This document shows positions 35,702 to 50,205 of a DNA stretch of 64,000 nt, piece by piece (within the stretch, counting starts at the first letter, position 1; the number at the start of each line of letters is the position of its first letter). The stretch comes from Camelus dromedarius (Eukaryota), in the NCBI RefSeq assembly GCF_036321535.1, contig NC_087467.1, positions 2,418,001-2,482,000 of the forward strand, written 5' to 3'. The translations under genes were made by a program, and so were the position numbers. Below the pieces are notes generated by a model, which saw only the letters and a program-made list of their open reading frames with translations, had not been told where the DNA came from and searched no databases.

Positions 35702-38700
35702 TGTATATAAATATTTCCCTAAAAGTTAGCACAGTGCCCAACACGTGGTATGTCCTCAATAAAAATTAGCCGTTATTACTTCTCGGTCACCCAGAAGGTG
35801 TCACATATGCATTGGATCCAGTGGTACCATTAGCTGTGGGTATGACTCCCTTGACTTTACCTCTCCCACTCGGATAGGACAAACTCTACTCAGAAAAAAA
35901 ACAAGACACAAGATGTTAAAAGATGCCTGAAAGCCGTCAGACCTCTGATACCCGCCCTATTCACCTTGAGTTTTTCAGGACACCCCACCCTTACAGGTTT
36001 GCTCCTCTCAGTATCCTCACAAGAGGAAATTAACCCCAAAAAGTTCATTTCAGTTACTATCAACTTTCAGACTCCTAACCCCAAGGGGCAGGAATGGTCT
36101 GGAATGCATGGAGATCCACATGGGAAGTTCTAGGGAAGGATAAGGGAGAGAAAATCCCAAAGGGGAGTTGGAAGTAGGGTGAGATTGGGAAGGATATTGT
36201 GATGCAAAAGGAACAGAGTGTGGTAGAGAGGAGAGCCCTGCAAAGGAGGTGGGGCATATTCTNNNNNNNNNNNNNNNNNNNNNNNNNNNNNNNNNNNNNN
36301 NNNNNNNNNNNNNNNNNNNNNNNNNNNNNNNNNNNNNNNNNNNNNNNNNNNNNNNNNNNNNNNNNNNNNNNNNNNNNNNNNNNNNNNNNNNNNNNNNNNN
36401 NNNNNNNNNNNNNNNNNNNNNNNNNNNNNNNNNNNNNNNNNNNTTGCTAGAGTCAGTGGGGTTTAACTCAATTTATAAAATCACTTTAAGATCATGTCTG
36501 AGAAGCGGGCAGATGGTAGTTTGGGGAACAAATCCATCCATACACATTAAAATCTCGCTCTATGTAGGAACCCCTTAAGTCAGGGATTGCATATTGGTAA
36601 GTACAGGCATAATACAGAAGCTAAAATTTTCTTTCTCAGCTCTCAAAGGGGAGGAATTAGACCCCACTGGATCCAGAAATCCTACTTCTGTTCCAGTGAA
36701 GTTGCCTCCATTTAGGCCCAGAATTGGAAGAATGCGTTGACATAATGCTGTTGGCTGCTAGAGGTGGCTTCTTCATGGAAGTGAGTTTGTGGCTAGGAGG
36801 ACAGAGAACTTGGAAGGTGACCCTGAAAAGGCCCTGTCCCTGTGTCCAGGAGGGGAACGCAAGGTCTCATGGAGCAGAAGAGGACTGTAGCATAGCTGGG
36901 GCTGTGTTCCAAAATCTCTGCCTCGTAGACAGGAGGAGGCATGGAGACAGCGTGAGCGCAGCCAGAGGAGCTGCGTGGAAGCCAAGAGGGGTGAGTGGAG
37001 GGAATCTGAGTGGAGTTCATCTCCTGTCCCTATTATGTGTTTTATTGTGTGACTGAAATCTCCTGGAGAGGCCCAGACAAAGCCCCGTATCGATTCCTCA
37101 CTCCCCTTCAAGATTCTGCATGCTCTTCCCCAAGACCATTACCTAAAACACTGTCTGCAATTAATCTTCAAGGCAGCGTGGAATCAGCCAAGGGCTACAA
37201 GACTGGGGTTTCAAACAGCCCCAAACGCTGAGGTCTGGGGCGTAGGGTAAGGGAGACTTGGTAGAGAGTTAGCTGAATGGTCCAGCCTCGTTGGGCCAAG
37301 GGGATTATCATACATGATGCATTGGGACTGGAACACACGAGGACGGAGGATATGAGTGAATGTATTTCTCCATAATGTATCTGTCCTGGAGGCGGGGGAA
37401 GGAGGAGGGGGGCTGGAAGGTGTAAGCGGCCAGATGCNNNNNNNNNNNNNNNNNNNNNNNNNNNNNNNNNNNNNNNNNNNNNNNNNNNNNNNNNNNNNNN
37501 NNNNNNNNNNNNNNNNNNNNNNNNNNNNNNNNNNNNNNNNNNNNNNNNNNNNNNNNNNNNNNNNNNNNNNNNNNNNNNNNNNNNNNNNNNNNNNNNNNNN
37601 NNNNNNNNNCCTTACACTCTTTTTAGAAACAACAGCCCGAACCCAGCAAGGTCTCACTGTGCCTGCAAAGATTTGTACATGCAGATTTCAGTGGGTGGTG
37701 ATGGGGGTGCAGTATGCTGGTGTCTTAGGTGAGGGGAAGGGAAACAAACAGAAGATGTCGTTTCATTCTGAGAGAGCAATTACCCAAATACATGGGCTGT
37801 GGTCTTCCTGCCCCCCAGCCCCATCTTCTGTGCAAGTGGAGATAGTAAGGGGGAGGGGGAGGCTCCGAGGGACATACATTCTCCATCCTGTGTCGACATG
37901 TTTCCTCCCCCGTTCCCATTCCGCCTTCTTCTCTGCTGAAAGCAAAGGATGCTGGTTTCCCCCACCTTGGGCTCATTCCTCACTCCATTGTGTGCACCGG
38001 AGTTTTTAGGGGTACTGTAGCACTACCAGGAAATGCACGAACGCTAGGGGTTTGCGTACTTACTGCCAAGTCAATCAAGGCGCGCTTCAACTGAAATATT
38101 CTTTTGGACAAAAGGAGAGCAAGAAGGCCAGAAAAGGTGAGTGAGAGAAATCCCTCAAGACGGTGGAAATGTTGGGAATGTGACCCAAGCCAGTGTTCGG
38201 TCCCAGTCTGTTATTTACACATCACCATCGGTATTTTTCCCTTGCTGACTGCCGCACAGCACCCATATATCATTTATTTAAAATATCCTTCAAACCTATG
38301 CATTTTTTTTAAATTAAAAGCTTGATTTTAAAAGAAAACTTGACTACACTACCTCAAGTACATGACTGATGTTACTTTCCGTAAGAGGGCAATAAGGATG
38401 AAAATAACTATAATATAATTAAATAGCATTATTAATTTATGGGAACACAATATTGCCTGTCAAAAAGCTCTGAGTTTCAAGTCTGTACTTTCTTGCTAAA
38501 AAAAAAAAAAAAGGAGAAAAGAAAGTGTTAGAGATGTGTTAAAAATGTGCATTTTCAGACTGAGAATTTACCCTTGGCATCATGGAAGGATGAAAAGAGA
38601 ATTGAAAAGGGAATAACTTTCTTACTGTGTGATTTAATTTCGTTTGCCAAACTCGTGCATCACCTAAAATCATCTGTAGCATTTCACAGTTGAGGAAATG

Positions 38701-40353
38701 CTGCTCAAAGTCACAAGAGTTCAGTTCTGAACTTTTCAGAAGTTCTAGGGAAAACTCAAGAATGATTTGGCATGGGGCAATCGGAGGGGATACAGAGGAG
38801 AATTTCGAGAGCAGTAGTCCTTTCTGTTTCTGGGAGCTTGTCACGCAGCGAGGCTGCAGAGTGAAGTTCCTCTTGTTTACAGTCATTCCCATGACAGCCA
38901 CGGCTGCCGCCCATCCCCAGTCTTCCTCCCCCAGGCCCTCTTGCCCCATCTCAGGGGCACAGCACCATCCATGTAGTTGCTCCTTTATCATCAATCGACA
39001 GCCTTCAGTGCCTGGCAAAATGCCCCATTTATATGCCGTTCCTTTCAGGGTTCTTTCTGTGAAAAGTTGTCAAGTAACTTTAAGATCAGTGGTACATCAA
39101 ACCATGAGTTGTAAATTTTACCATTTGCAACTGGATGAGGGCATGTGTGATAACAGAGCCAGTGCATTCTGAAGAAGGAACACGTTAGGGCATAAAGGAG
39201 CAGTCTGGAGAGCGTCGGCATGGGGTGCATCTCAGGCAGCCCCCACCCCCCCCGTAGGGCTCTGGGCCTGTCTTATCCGTCTGCACCTGCAGGACAGCTT
39301 CCTGAGGCTCCGTGTGCATGGACCCCTAATGGTATTCTGTCGGGTCTTTATTATTTCTCCCCCGTGGTCCAGCCTACTCTGTGGCATGTCGTCATCAACG
39401 TACAACTGAAATGTGTTACCTTCTAATCAGCCGTTCTGGGCCATGGCCTCTAATTTTCAAATCACAGGACAAAGCTCGAGTTCAGAAGTCCAGGATGAGC
39501 AGAAGGAGGTAGGGCCAGAAACCAGGTCCCCAGTTCCCATTTAGGTTAAATACATGCTAGTGAGAATGACTCTTCTGTAGGTTCAGGGAGTTAAACTAAA
39601 TACCACAGGAACACGGCAACAGGTTCTAATCCAGGTGTGACATCCCCTTAGGAGAGATTAAGATCTCCCAGCAGGCAGGAAGAACGAAACTTCGGAGACG
39701 GACAAGCGGATGACATAAAATCTGGGTGGACTAACTGGTTGGCGAGCAGCCAGCATCGGGAGGGCATTTCTTAGCCCTTGGGGGGGGGGTTCACAGGGCC
39801 ACTGCTGGCAGCAAAAGAGACTCTCCAGAAGCCGTGGTCCTAAAGGAGTCAGAGGAACAGATACGCTCATGATCCTGTCAAGACTGGGGTCCATGGGTCA
39901 GACCCAGGCATTAGACTTGAGAGCACAAGCCAAGCAGGACTGGAATTATCTCTAGACCCTGGAGCAGGATGTGTCTATGGGGAAGGACAGTAAAAGGAGG
40001 AGAGTGTCAAGGCTGAGAAGAGGCACGACCCTTGGACCAATCCTCCCACCCAGTCCTGTGCGAACACAGGTCTGTCACGGTCTTGGGAGGCTGCAAGAAC
40101 ACGTGTTTAGCAGAACCAGGATGGGAGGGAGGGGGAACGGCATCCATAAGGATGTGGTTGGTTACTTAGGGTTCGGACTGGAGGAGTAAACTCTCAGGAA
40201 AGTCAGCAAGGAAGACACCTAAGCCAGTGCACCGCCATCCCCTCCTTTCCCACAATGCGTGGCTCCAGTGACAGTGATGCCCTTTGTCTCTCGTTAAGAA
40301 ATCCTTTCTCCTGTTCTTTTCCTTTCTCCCTTGCAAGAGTCATATGATAGCTA

Positions 40354-40496
40354 TTTTTTTTTAACTGAAGTATAGTCAGTTTACAATGTTGTGTCAATTT
40401 CCCATGTGCGGCATTATGTTTCAGTCATGCATATATATACATTTATTCGTTTCTATTTTCTTTTTCATTATAGGTTACTGCAAGATATTGAATTCC
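40354..40496 (-). mobile_element. Young L1 3' end (antisense) with TSD
   Basis: Poly-T followed by AACTGAAGTATAGTCAGTTTACAATGTTGTGTCAATTTC. TSD TATGATAGCTA (40343-40353) / TATGTAGCTA (40497-40506). Confidence 0.85.
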
Positions 40497-43293
40497 TATG
40501 TAGCTAAATTTCAGCCATCCCTGTCCTCTTCTTCCTGCTTCACAGTGAACATCCACCTTTCCTCACCGCATCTTTGCCATGAGTTCTCCCCACCGACTCA
40601 CTGACTCCATAGCTTATCCGGAGTTACACCCCACAGCCTGGCCACTTCGAGTGGCAGGGGCTACAGATAGCATGCTCTCCACATGGGAGCAAACAGGCAT
40701 CATTGTACCAATGTGTGGTCTTACAGGCTGCTCTGAAGATCCAGCAAAATACAGATGGGAAAGCACCCCATAAAGTTCAAAGTGCTTTATGACTCCAAGG
40801 GCATTCCTCGTTTGGGATTATTTAGTTAATTGTCAAGTGTCTGCTTTGCTCTGCATGTGTGGACCTCACAGTGGACCTGGTTTGCTCTGGCCCCGGGCTG
40901 GTGATGGTGGTTGCGGGAGGGAGAGGGGTGCAGTTTCTCAGCTGCTCTGGAAGGAAGCTTTCTCCTCCTGGAACTAGCTGACAGGACCTCAGCTCCATGG
41001 TGGTAGCAGGTGGTGCTCCGATAACGTCGGCTCCAGCTGAAGTACAGAAAAACAGAGCAGCTGAAGACTGAAATCTGAGAGATAACAGGAAATGAAAAAT
41101 GAGGTGAAGTTATATCTTCTGTTCCCTCATAAAGGCTCCTGTGACAAATGGAATCACAGGCATCATGCAAACTGCCTTGCTCAGCCACTGAAGGCCCCAG
41201 CTATCTTGACGGCGAGTATCCGTTCTCTGGTGATCTGTGGGAAAATACTAAGCAAATGGTGAATGGGGGGAGCACAGCACGGAGAGGGCAGAGAGAGAGA
41301 AAGAGAGATTTGCAGTTAATCAACAAAAAATGGCCATCTATACCTCTATGGTGACATTTAAATATTTAACCAACATTTGTGGTCTTGTTAAAATAGTGCT
41401 ACTAATGCAAGCAGTATTTGCCACGCTGGTTTTTTAAAACAAAATGCAGAAGTGTGAATTCAACCATGAGGGGCCATGCAAACACACTTACGTTTCATGA
41501 TATCCATGGTCAAGGCCAGCACTTAAGAGGCTGACTTTTAGCCTTCTGAATAGTGGCGTGAACTTAGCATCACTCGTACATTTTATAGTGAATACTGGGG
41601 TTTGAAATTCATCTTTTCCATCCACGTGATACAGATATGAATGCATAGATATGCAGCCAGGAAAAAACAAAACAAAACAAATCTCTTTGGCTTTCAATTA
41701 ATTTAAGAGTAAATCATGATGCAATTTTTTGCCTGACAGATGCTAGATGTTCAATAAATATTTGTTAAATAAAGGAATGAATGTAATCCTAGAAGGGTGT
41801 GGTACTGAAGTAAATGCACTTTTGCCCCTTGCCAGGTTTGTATCCAGAAAAATCATGCCAAAATGAATATATAGAAGTTTGAAAGAGATGGTTTACAGGA
41901 TGCTGCCATGTATAAGCAGGGCTGTTCTGGAGGGAGGTAGAGGGGAGGTGGAGAAAGCCCTTCCACATCTTTGCCAGGGGAGCGAGGAGGGTTCGCATCG
42001 GATGTCTTCAAGCATCATTTAGTAAACGGCTTACCCAGCTGGATGCGCACCTGAATCACCACACAGGAATCTGGGTTATGGAATACTTCCAAAATAGCCT
42101 ATGTGATGCATTGATCTGCTGTATTGTGTAGGCGGAACATATCTGGGTCCCTCCAGGGGTAACGTCACCTGAGCTCTGTGATGCAATGGAAACACATAGC
42201 TATTCCAATGTACTGTCTCCACAATTGTCTGCATTGGGGGCTTATGAGCAGCAAAACCGTTGGAAGGGCTGGAAAAATAGATTGCAAGAATTTGGAATAT
42301 AAAATCTTCAGGTTGAATCAAATTCTGACAACTTTGGAAAGATGTAACAAACTTTGAAGAGTCTTCTCTCCAGTCTAGTTCATCCCTAATTTGTCTGCAG
42401 CTGTTAGAAAGAAAACCAAAACACTTATTACCTTATTTTATGTTTTTAACTTCCAAGTGTCCTTTTTTGCTCTTTGAAAGTAGGCACACAATGTATTTTA
42501 AAGATGCTCGTTCAGTACCTTGCCTTAGATAAGATCAAACCTCCACTTCATTTTTCAGGAAAAGAAAAAGTGGTTACTCAAGGAAACAAATATTAGGGTA
42601 ATATTTCCCATAGCTTAACTGGACCACTGTAAGTTTCTCAAAGACAAACACTTGAAAAGTCATTTGAGGCTATGTCCAGTTACATAAGCAAATATGAGAA
42701 TGTATTTGGCTGAATGATCCCATACTTAATAGCACAAAATGTATCCTTGCAGTCCATTGGAAGCTGTGCCCTTCCATCTTATAGAAGAAACTGAGAAAGT
42801 CTTCAGCATGTCCCCAAAGAACCAAAGTCCTGCAGGTGCCTGAAAGACGGGAGCCTTTTGGGGTTCTGGTCAGAACCCAAATCCTTGCTTATTGAAGAGT
42901 AAGCTAGAACCTTTAGGCAGTAATGGTTTTCGAGCAAACGATTGGACATCATGTCTAGAAATCTCTGTTTGATTCTGACTCGGGTTTTTCTCTTGAGCAC
43001 TGTCCGCAAAGGGTAGATTATCACCAGGGTATGGTTATCACGCACAAATCTGATGCCAGGTAACTATGAAATTAGGATCTTTGGGTGTCGGATCCAACCA
43101 TCAAGACTTTAAACAAGTTCCCCAGATGAACGTAAGTGCAATGTAGTATGAGAACCACTTCTCTAACAGCTTCAGAAAGTGAATCTGGGTTTGGTAGGGT
43201 GGGCAATTATTTCCAGCGATGTGGACAGCTGAGGGAAAGGAGTGTAGTGCCTCACTGAAAGCCAGTCCTTTGTAAGGCAGAGGGACTTCCCCT

Positions 43294-43470
43294 TCTAGTG
43301 GGCTGAACGGTGACCTCCAAAAGGATGTGTCCTGTTCTAATGCCCAGAATCTGTGGACAGTATCACATATGACCAAAGATGTAATTAAGTTAAGGATCTT
43401 GAGATGACACTATTTCTTGGATTATCCAGATGGACCCTAAATGCCATCACAGGTGTCCTTAGAGAGTGAG
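43294..43470 (+). mobile_element. MLT1C-like MaLR LTR 5' fragment
   Basis: TAGTGGGCTGAACGGTGACC ... GATGTAATTAAGTTAAGGATCTTGAGATG ... GGATTATCCAGATGGACCCTAAAT. Confidence 0.8.
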
Positions 43471-43499
43471 GAAAACTAAAACAGATTTGGAAATGGAAC

Positions 43500-44380
43500 A
43501 AACTGGTGACTCCTGATTTTCTCAATAGAGTATAGAATCCGATTGTCAGCTGAAAGCAGTGAGGGGAGGAGAAAGAAAACGAAGTATGAAGTAGTCTTTG
43601 ATGAGAATGAAAAAGTGAGCCTTGCAGGGAAATTCAGTGAGATTGTCAGGTGAAGCTGGATGTCTGTTTGACACTGGATATTGTGAACTCATAATGGCGT
43701 GTCCTCCAGGTTATGAGAGCCCATAATCCATGAGAGTAACTCATGATGAAGAAGAAGATCAAGAAGATGATGGGATTCTTCCAGGGTTGGAGTATTGACA
43801 GGAAAGTGTGAAGGAGAGGAAAAAAGGAGTAATAGAATTGAGGATGCTTGCAAGGAGGTAAGCAGGATGAGGAACCATGGAATCTGTAAAAGTTTAGGAG
43901 GAAAGTAGAGACAGGTGAGGGTGATGGTTAGAAAGAACACCAAGACAGCTGAATAAAGCAGACTGATTGTTTTTGAGGAAAACTTTGGCAAATGAGCCAG
44001 TTGGACAGGAGGTTGGAGCTAGAGGGTGGGACATTCCAGTTCGTGATTTAGAAGGCTGTTGCAACTTTTGCTAATGACCAGGTCCAGGGACGGACCATGA
44101 GAGTGTGTGGAGTAAAGGGAAAGGGCACCGGAGATCAAGGATCTGAGAGCCAGAGTTGGATGATCTTACATGAGGACATTGCCGCTGTAGAGAATATTGC
44201 AGGACTTGGGACAGAGAGAAAGACCATTGCCCAGTACTAAGGACACTCTTTAATGAGGGGCAATGACCAGGAGAGGGTAGGTGACAATAGTGGGAAAGTA
44301 AAAGGACTGTGCACCTGGGTGTTGTAACCCATTCTAACAATGAGGAGCAGTCATTAACCAGAGTAGAATTCACTCCTCAG
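43500..44380 (-). mobile_element. Degenerate L2 body fragment
   Basis: Purine-rich plus strand typical of antisense L2. Identified by overall texture; boundaries are approximate. Confidence 0.5.
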
Positions 44381-44934
44381 ACCTCTCCCCTCCTGACTCT
44401 GAGGATTGGGTGTAAGCTAAGGAGGTTAACGTGTGTATAGTCCTAAGTTTCCAGAAGCACTAGAAGCGGTCTTGGTAGGGTGGTCCTGAAGAGTTTACAC
44501 AGTGTGATAGAAAAAAGGCACATTGGCTTCAGGTGCTGTTTGATCTAGTCAGGCAGAGAAGCAGTGGGCTCGGCCCTGGAGGTGGGGGTGGGAGTACATT
44601 TGATAAATCTCCTTGGATCAGAGGGGTAGGCTGAGTGGCACGTGCAGTTTTAGAAACCCTCTGATCCATGCATTTCCTCCTGGCACTCTTCTCATCAGAC
44701 TCAGGACAGAGCATCTGGATGTAACGAGGGCTGGGGAGAGCCTGGTTAAGATGCTGCTTCTGGCCGTTTGGTTTTGGGGCAGACTTTGGCGAAAATTTTG
44801 GTGGGATTATCCAGAGCCCTTGAGATGGAGATGGTTAAGGAGACTGGCTTCAGATTGGAAAGTCTGTGGCTTGTCTCTGCAGCTCTGCATGGTATTTTCG
44901 ATTACTCCCCTTGTCCTCAAGTTCAAGGGCATTG

Positions 44935-45150
44935 CAACCCTAGTGAGCCAGGAGTCAGGCTACCTGCTTCTAATCCCGTCCTGCTGCTTCCTAGTTGTGC
45001 AAGCTGTGGGAAGCTGATCCCCATATAAGAAGCTTCAGTAAAAGGGGATAATATTATCTACTTCCTAGAAAATTCAAGAGACTTAAATTACCATACTTGA
45101 AAAACTTATAACAGTGCATGGCATGGAGTGAGTACCATGTAAATATTTAT
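44935..45150 (+). mobile_element. MIR
   Basis: GGAGTCAGGCTACCTGCTTCTAATCCC ... GTAAAAGGGGATAATATTATCTAC ... ACAGTGCATGGCAT. Confidence 0.6.
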
Positions 45151-48100
45151 TGTGACCATTGTTTTCTCAGATTCACTCTGGGACTGAGGCAGACACTATT
45201 CTCTGGATGCAATTACATCAGTGGTTTCCTAACTAAATTTCTTAAAAGCTGAAGAAAGTCTCTAAATGTTTAATTAAAATACATATTAAATCTATCTTAA
45301 CTGCTTTTTAAAACTTGCAATAAAATAAATGTAAACTCACATGCCCAAGTATATTGCACTTTATATATTAGTGCATTTATTATTTTTAGCTGCCAGATTA
45401 ACTTATTTTCGTGTAGATCTTGAAATAAATTCTTTCCATCATCTCTTTTTAATTAAAAATCATGTCTTGGGGTTACAAGGTAAATTATTAAAACCCATTA
45501 TATTTTATCTATATGAAACAGGGTTTCTTTGATTCAATGCATTTGAAACAAATACAAAAAAAATTAGGTGAGGCTAATGTAAGACTGCAATCATATTTCA
45601 TATTTTTGTGGCATTAAAGTAGTTTTCATTAACTGACTCTTAAGAAAATGTTATACATTTATAATTATAAAACAAAATAACACTAATACACTACTTTATT
45701 CATTTTCACTTTTCAGTTTCAATAAAAGACTGTATTTGAGCAAAAAGTTCCACTGCTAAAACAAGCAAAAAGTGTTTGAAGCCATTAAGTCATTGTTACA
45801 GTCACCATCTTAGGGGACTGAAAGTATTGATGTAAATGCTGAATTTATACTTAAAATGCAAGCTTCTAGCGAAATTCAGCTGCAAGGGATCCCTGTGAGA
45901 TGTCTGACTTATTTTCTTGTTCTGGAATTTGGTTTTCAAATTTGCATCTTTGTAGCAGGTAGAAAGAACTTTCCGGATGAGAAGAATAAACATGGCTTGA
46001 TATTAGTCTACCTACCCAGGAGACTAAACAGTACGGCTTCCATTTACCAGGACAACTTGGAATGAAGCCTGAAACCCTTGAGCAAAAAGCTTGCATTCTC
46101 GGTGTTCTTCCTATGATTGTGTTGGCTTTTCTAAGTAAGGGCGTACCAGGAACTCTCTAGCACAGTGGCTGAGAGGATTGTTTCTGCCACTCACTAACCC
46201 TGTGACTTTAGCAAACTCTTTTAGGTCTTTGAGCCTTCATCTTTTCAAATCTGCCGAAGGAGGACAATTAATAGGAGCTAAGGCATCATGTTGTTTAGTG
46301 CATCAAATGAAATACTCTGTATAAATGATTTAGCCCAGGGCACGGTACCTAAGTGCCCGATCCGCGTTGGGTAGGATTATTACCATGTGCGTGACTTAGG
46401 GGCTTAGAGCACTTGTTTGTGTCTGAATTTGAATCCTGCTCCAGCCACTTAGTATCTGAAAGATCTGGGAATGGCACCTGTCCTCTCCAAGCCTCAGTAC
46501 CTGTATTATAAGGTTATTGTCAACATAAAGTGAATTAATGCATATATGAAATCTAGCATCGCATTTGGCCCCTAATAACCACTCAGCAAGGGCTGGTTAC
46601 CATCATCACCTTCATCATCAAAGTCCTCTGTCATCAAGGACCATCATCTGGTCCTCGCTCCTCAGGGCGTATCTGTTACTGATTCCTTTGATCTTTGTTT
46701 CCTCATCTGTTAAATGGCGACAATGACTAGGATCTACCTCAATGACTAGGCTTTTATCTATTTTTTTTCTGTTCAACTGCCATAATAACTATAACCACAC
46801 ATTAAACAAATTTTTAAAATAACGCCAATATACTGTACTGCTCCCACTTAATAACGCTTATGTCTTTTAAATACAGGAATGCCTTTCCGCCATTTCACTT
46901 GATCATTTACATAAAGTATGATATGGATTTCAGTCTTTCATTACAGAAAATTTCAAACATATACAAAAGTAGTGAGAATAGGATAATGGACCCCATGTAT
47001 CCGTCATTCAGTTCCAACAATTATTAACACATGACTGATCTGTTTCATCTTCACACATACCCATCCCTTACTTTTGGATTATTTTGGAAAGGTAGTGTTA
47101 TTACCAAAAACAGCAATTATTTTTAATGCAAAAATAAGCCTCAGTTTTAGACTTTATCTCAAATATTATGGTTTCTTCTCTTAGCCATCGAGGTCTTGCT
47201 GACAAGAGAATCATTCTCCCAGAGGAGAATTTTGTCATTGGATAGTAAACCACTTTTCCTAAGGCCCCATGACTCTTTTACTGCTGCCTCCTGTAGACGC
47301 CACCAGGTGTTCAGGGGTGCGCGGGACGTCTCCTACAGCCTCCAAGAAGCCCAGTCAGAACTCACCACACAACCGCCAAAGGATGACTCACAAGAGCCAC
47401 CTGATCAGGAGAATATCCCAGACTCACTGTCTTGGGAAAATGCAAAGGGCAGCTGATAAGCAGTCCACAGTCAATAGGGATCATCTTGCAGAAAGTCTGG
47501 CCAAAAAAGTCAATGTTGATGGCTACCTTCCTCCACCCTCACACAGGTGTATCTCTGATCAGTGGGGTAATGCTGGAGGTGTGTAGGCGTTGGGACAGTG
47601 ATGGTGGTGCACAGTCATCGTGTTCTCTGCTTCTGGCCCTGCGTTTATTAGAACGGGATTTCACAGATGGCCCCAGAAATATCCTGCCAAAGTCTTTCCC
47701 TCACAATGCCCCGGCCTCTCTTATTTCTCTGGCTCTCAAATCATGCTCTCTACATCCAAGGGTAGAGATGGAACTTGTAGACATTTTTAGGAAAGAGCCT
47801 GATTATCCTGCCCCCACATTTCCTCTTCACTCATTCAGAAGCAACCCACATCTTAGGGCTGAATTCTAGTTAGTTACATCAGAGAGGGAGAAGGGTGGGT
47901 TCTAGGCAGAGGGAACATCCTGAATGAAGCAGAGAGGTGAGAATGGGCAGATTTCATCTGAAAAACTAAAGGAATTTCAGAAGGTTGTGGTTTCACATGG
48001 GGGAGGTGTGTGACAAAGGTCTAGTGTTAGTCCAAGGAGATTGGCTAGGGGCACATTTTGCAGGTATATGGGGATGTGGGGGCATCTCATAAACCATATA

Positions 48101-49309
48101 GAGATGTGTACTTTACTCCAAGGGTGACAGAAAGCCCCCAGTTTCCTTCCTAAACATTATAGGGAAATGCGAAAAAGGATTGCCTCATGGTGTTGCTTTA
48201 TACTTTTGCCTTTTGAGAAGGGCAGCTCAAAAAAGTGAAATAGAACTTTGACCCATTTGTATAAATATCCTTCCCTTCCTCTCACCCTCCCTCCCTTCCT
48301 TCCTTCTTTCTAATTCCTTTCTCTCCTCTTGCTACTTCCTTCCTCCCCTTTCTTCCTCCCTCTGGCTCTCCCTTTCTCTCTTACTTTCTTTGCTTCTTTC
48401 TCCTCCAGATCATCACCCTTTTCCTTTCATTATTTTCCACCACCAGCTACTGGACAAGCACCCTCTCCTGCCTCCCTAGGGATTGTGTGCCCCTGTTCCC
48501 CGCCACCCTAGGGCCTCAGTGTCCATTCCTCTTTCCCTGTGGACCCACGTTGAGTTTTTATCAGCCCTGCAATTCTTGAAAAAGAGGCCAATAAGATGGA
48601 GATAACAAGCTCCGAATCCCAGGCTGCAGGGAAACTTGGCCTTGTCAATGAGAGATTAAAAGACAGCTGGGGCCTTGGCAACACTGGCTGCAGTCAACTT
48701 TAAAGAGTCCAGATCAGACCATCTGAGCTTTTCTTCTATAGTTTTAAGGTCTGTTTTTTCTTTTTTGGTCAGGGGAGAGGGTTTTTTTTTTTTCTTTTTC
48801 TTTTATTACTTTAATCCTCCATAATGACTTGAATTTCCTTCATTAAGTTTTAAGGTTTGGAAAGAAAAGGGAAAACAGTAGGCACATGGTTCTCGACTCC
48901 TGAGTTTAATCAGCCGAGAGTCCCCTTTGAGGTCACCAGATTACAATTAGTTTGCACTTTGTCAAAAGCAAATAGAATGGTTATATACTAGAGTTCCAAA
49001 CCTGTAAGAGCTTCCTGTTCCCCAGTTTTCCTCCAGGGCCTTGAGAGAGAAGCCCACACTGCTGGCCGCCTTCCCCACTGTGAACTTAAACGTCGCCAGA
49101 GCACCAGGCCTCTGAATTAACATTTTTCTACTCAACTGCTCACTCTCTGGATGAGTGAATGCCACCTCCTTTTAAAAGTGCCATGTCCCTCATGATTATG
49201 CAAGTGTTTAGAGGATGACAAAGCCCCAAACACATCTATTTCCTCAAAGATTTTCACTCCTTTCCTGAATTCTGAAAGCTACAGGCTATGGAAGGAGACT
49301 GTTGCATTA

Positions 49310-49570
49310 TTATTTTTTTCATTGAATGTAGTTGATTTACAATATTGTATGAGTTTCAGGTATACAGCATAGTGATTCAGTTTTTTGCTTTTGGTTTTTT
49401 TTTTTTTTCCAGATTATATTCCATTACAATTCATTACAATATATTGGATACAATTCCCTGGCTATATGGCAAATCCTTGTTGCTTATCTATTTTACGTAT
49501 AGTAGTTTGTATCTGTTAATCCCATACCCTTAATTTGTCCACCGCTCCTTTCCTTGTCCCCTTTGGTAGC
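49310..49570 (-). mobile_element. Cetartiodactyl-type L1 3' end (antisense)
   Basis: ATTGAATGTAGTTGATTTACAATATTGT ... TCAGGTATACAGCATAGTGATTCAG ... AGTAGTTTGTATCTGTTAATCCCA. Confidence 0.8.
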
Positions 49571-49877
49571 ATTCCTGTGAGTAAAAGCTCTAATTTCCTA
49601 TCTTGTGGTTCTTCAGGCTACTGTGGTATGTCTTCCACTGTTGTTCCACTTTCATAGAGCAATAGCCATTGGCATCATCTAGAAACCAATGTCACAGCCC
49701 AGGCTCAAATCTTGTCAGGCCTGCGATGGAGCATAGGAGGCTGCGCCTTGAAAAAACTCCCCACGTGATTTTTGCTGCATCCCTCCTGAGGCGAAGGACA
49801 ACTTCCAGCATCCAAAACATACCTTCCTGTTTTCTTGGAGAGAGAGATTGTGGATTTGGAGCTTCTGACAATCAGAA

Positions 49878-50205
49878 ATATAAATACAAAACAGAAACAG
49901 ACTCATAGACATAGAATACAAACTTGTGGTTGCCAAGGGAGAGGCGGGTAGGAAGGCACAGACTGGGAGTTCAAAATTTGTAAATACTTGACAGGCATAT
50001 GTAACATAGATAAACAAGATTATACTGTATAGCACAGGGAAATAGATACAAGAGCTTGTGGTAGCTCATAGCGAAAAATGTGACAATGAATATATGTATG
50101 TTCATGTATAACTGAAAAATTGTGCTCTACATTGGAATTTGACACAACATTATAAAATGACTATAACTCAATTAAAAAAATGTAAAACAAAAAACAAAAA
50201 AAAAG
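49878..50205 (+). mobile_element. Young camelid L1 3' end with poly-A
   Basis: ACAAAACAGAAACAGACTCATAGAC ... ATAGCACAGGGAAATAGATACAAG ... GACACAACATTATAAAATGACTATAACTCAAT plus A tail. Nearly identical to 54064-54241. Confidence 0.9.

Noticed and set aside
37356-38009. Longest ORF in the track (217 aa)
   Set aside because: It stays open only because it reads through 172 Ns, and the remaining peptide is not recognisable.
38690-39172. Overlapping 159/160-aa ORFs on opposite strands
   Set aside because: No recognisable domain or splice structure; consistent with chance ORFs.
49310-50205. Opposed L1 pieces as one inverted insertion
   Set aside because: Both have their own 3' termini, they differ in subfamily sequence, and about 300 bp of unrelated DNA separates them.
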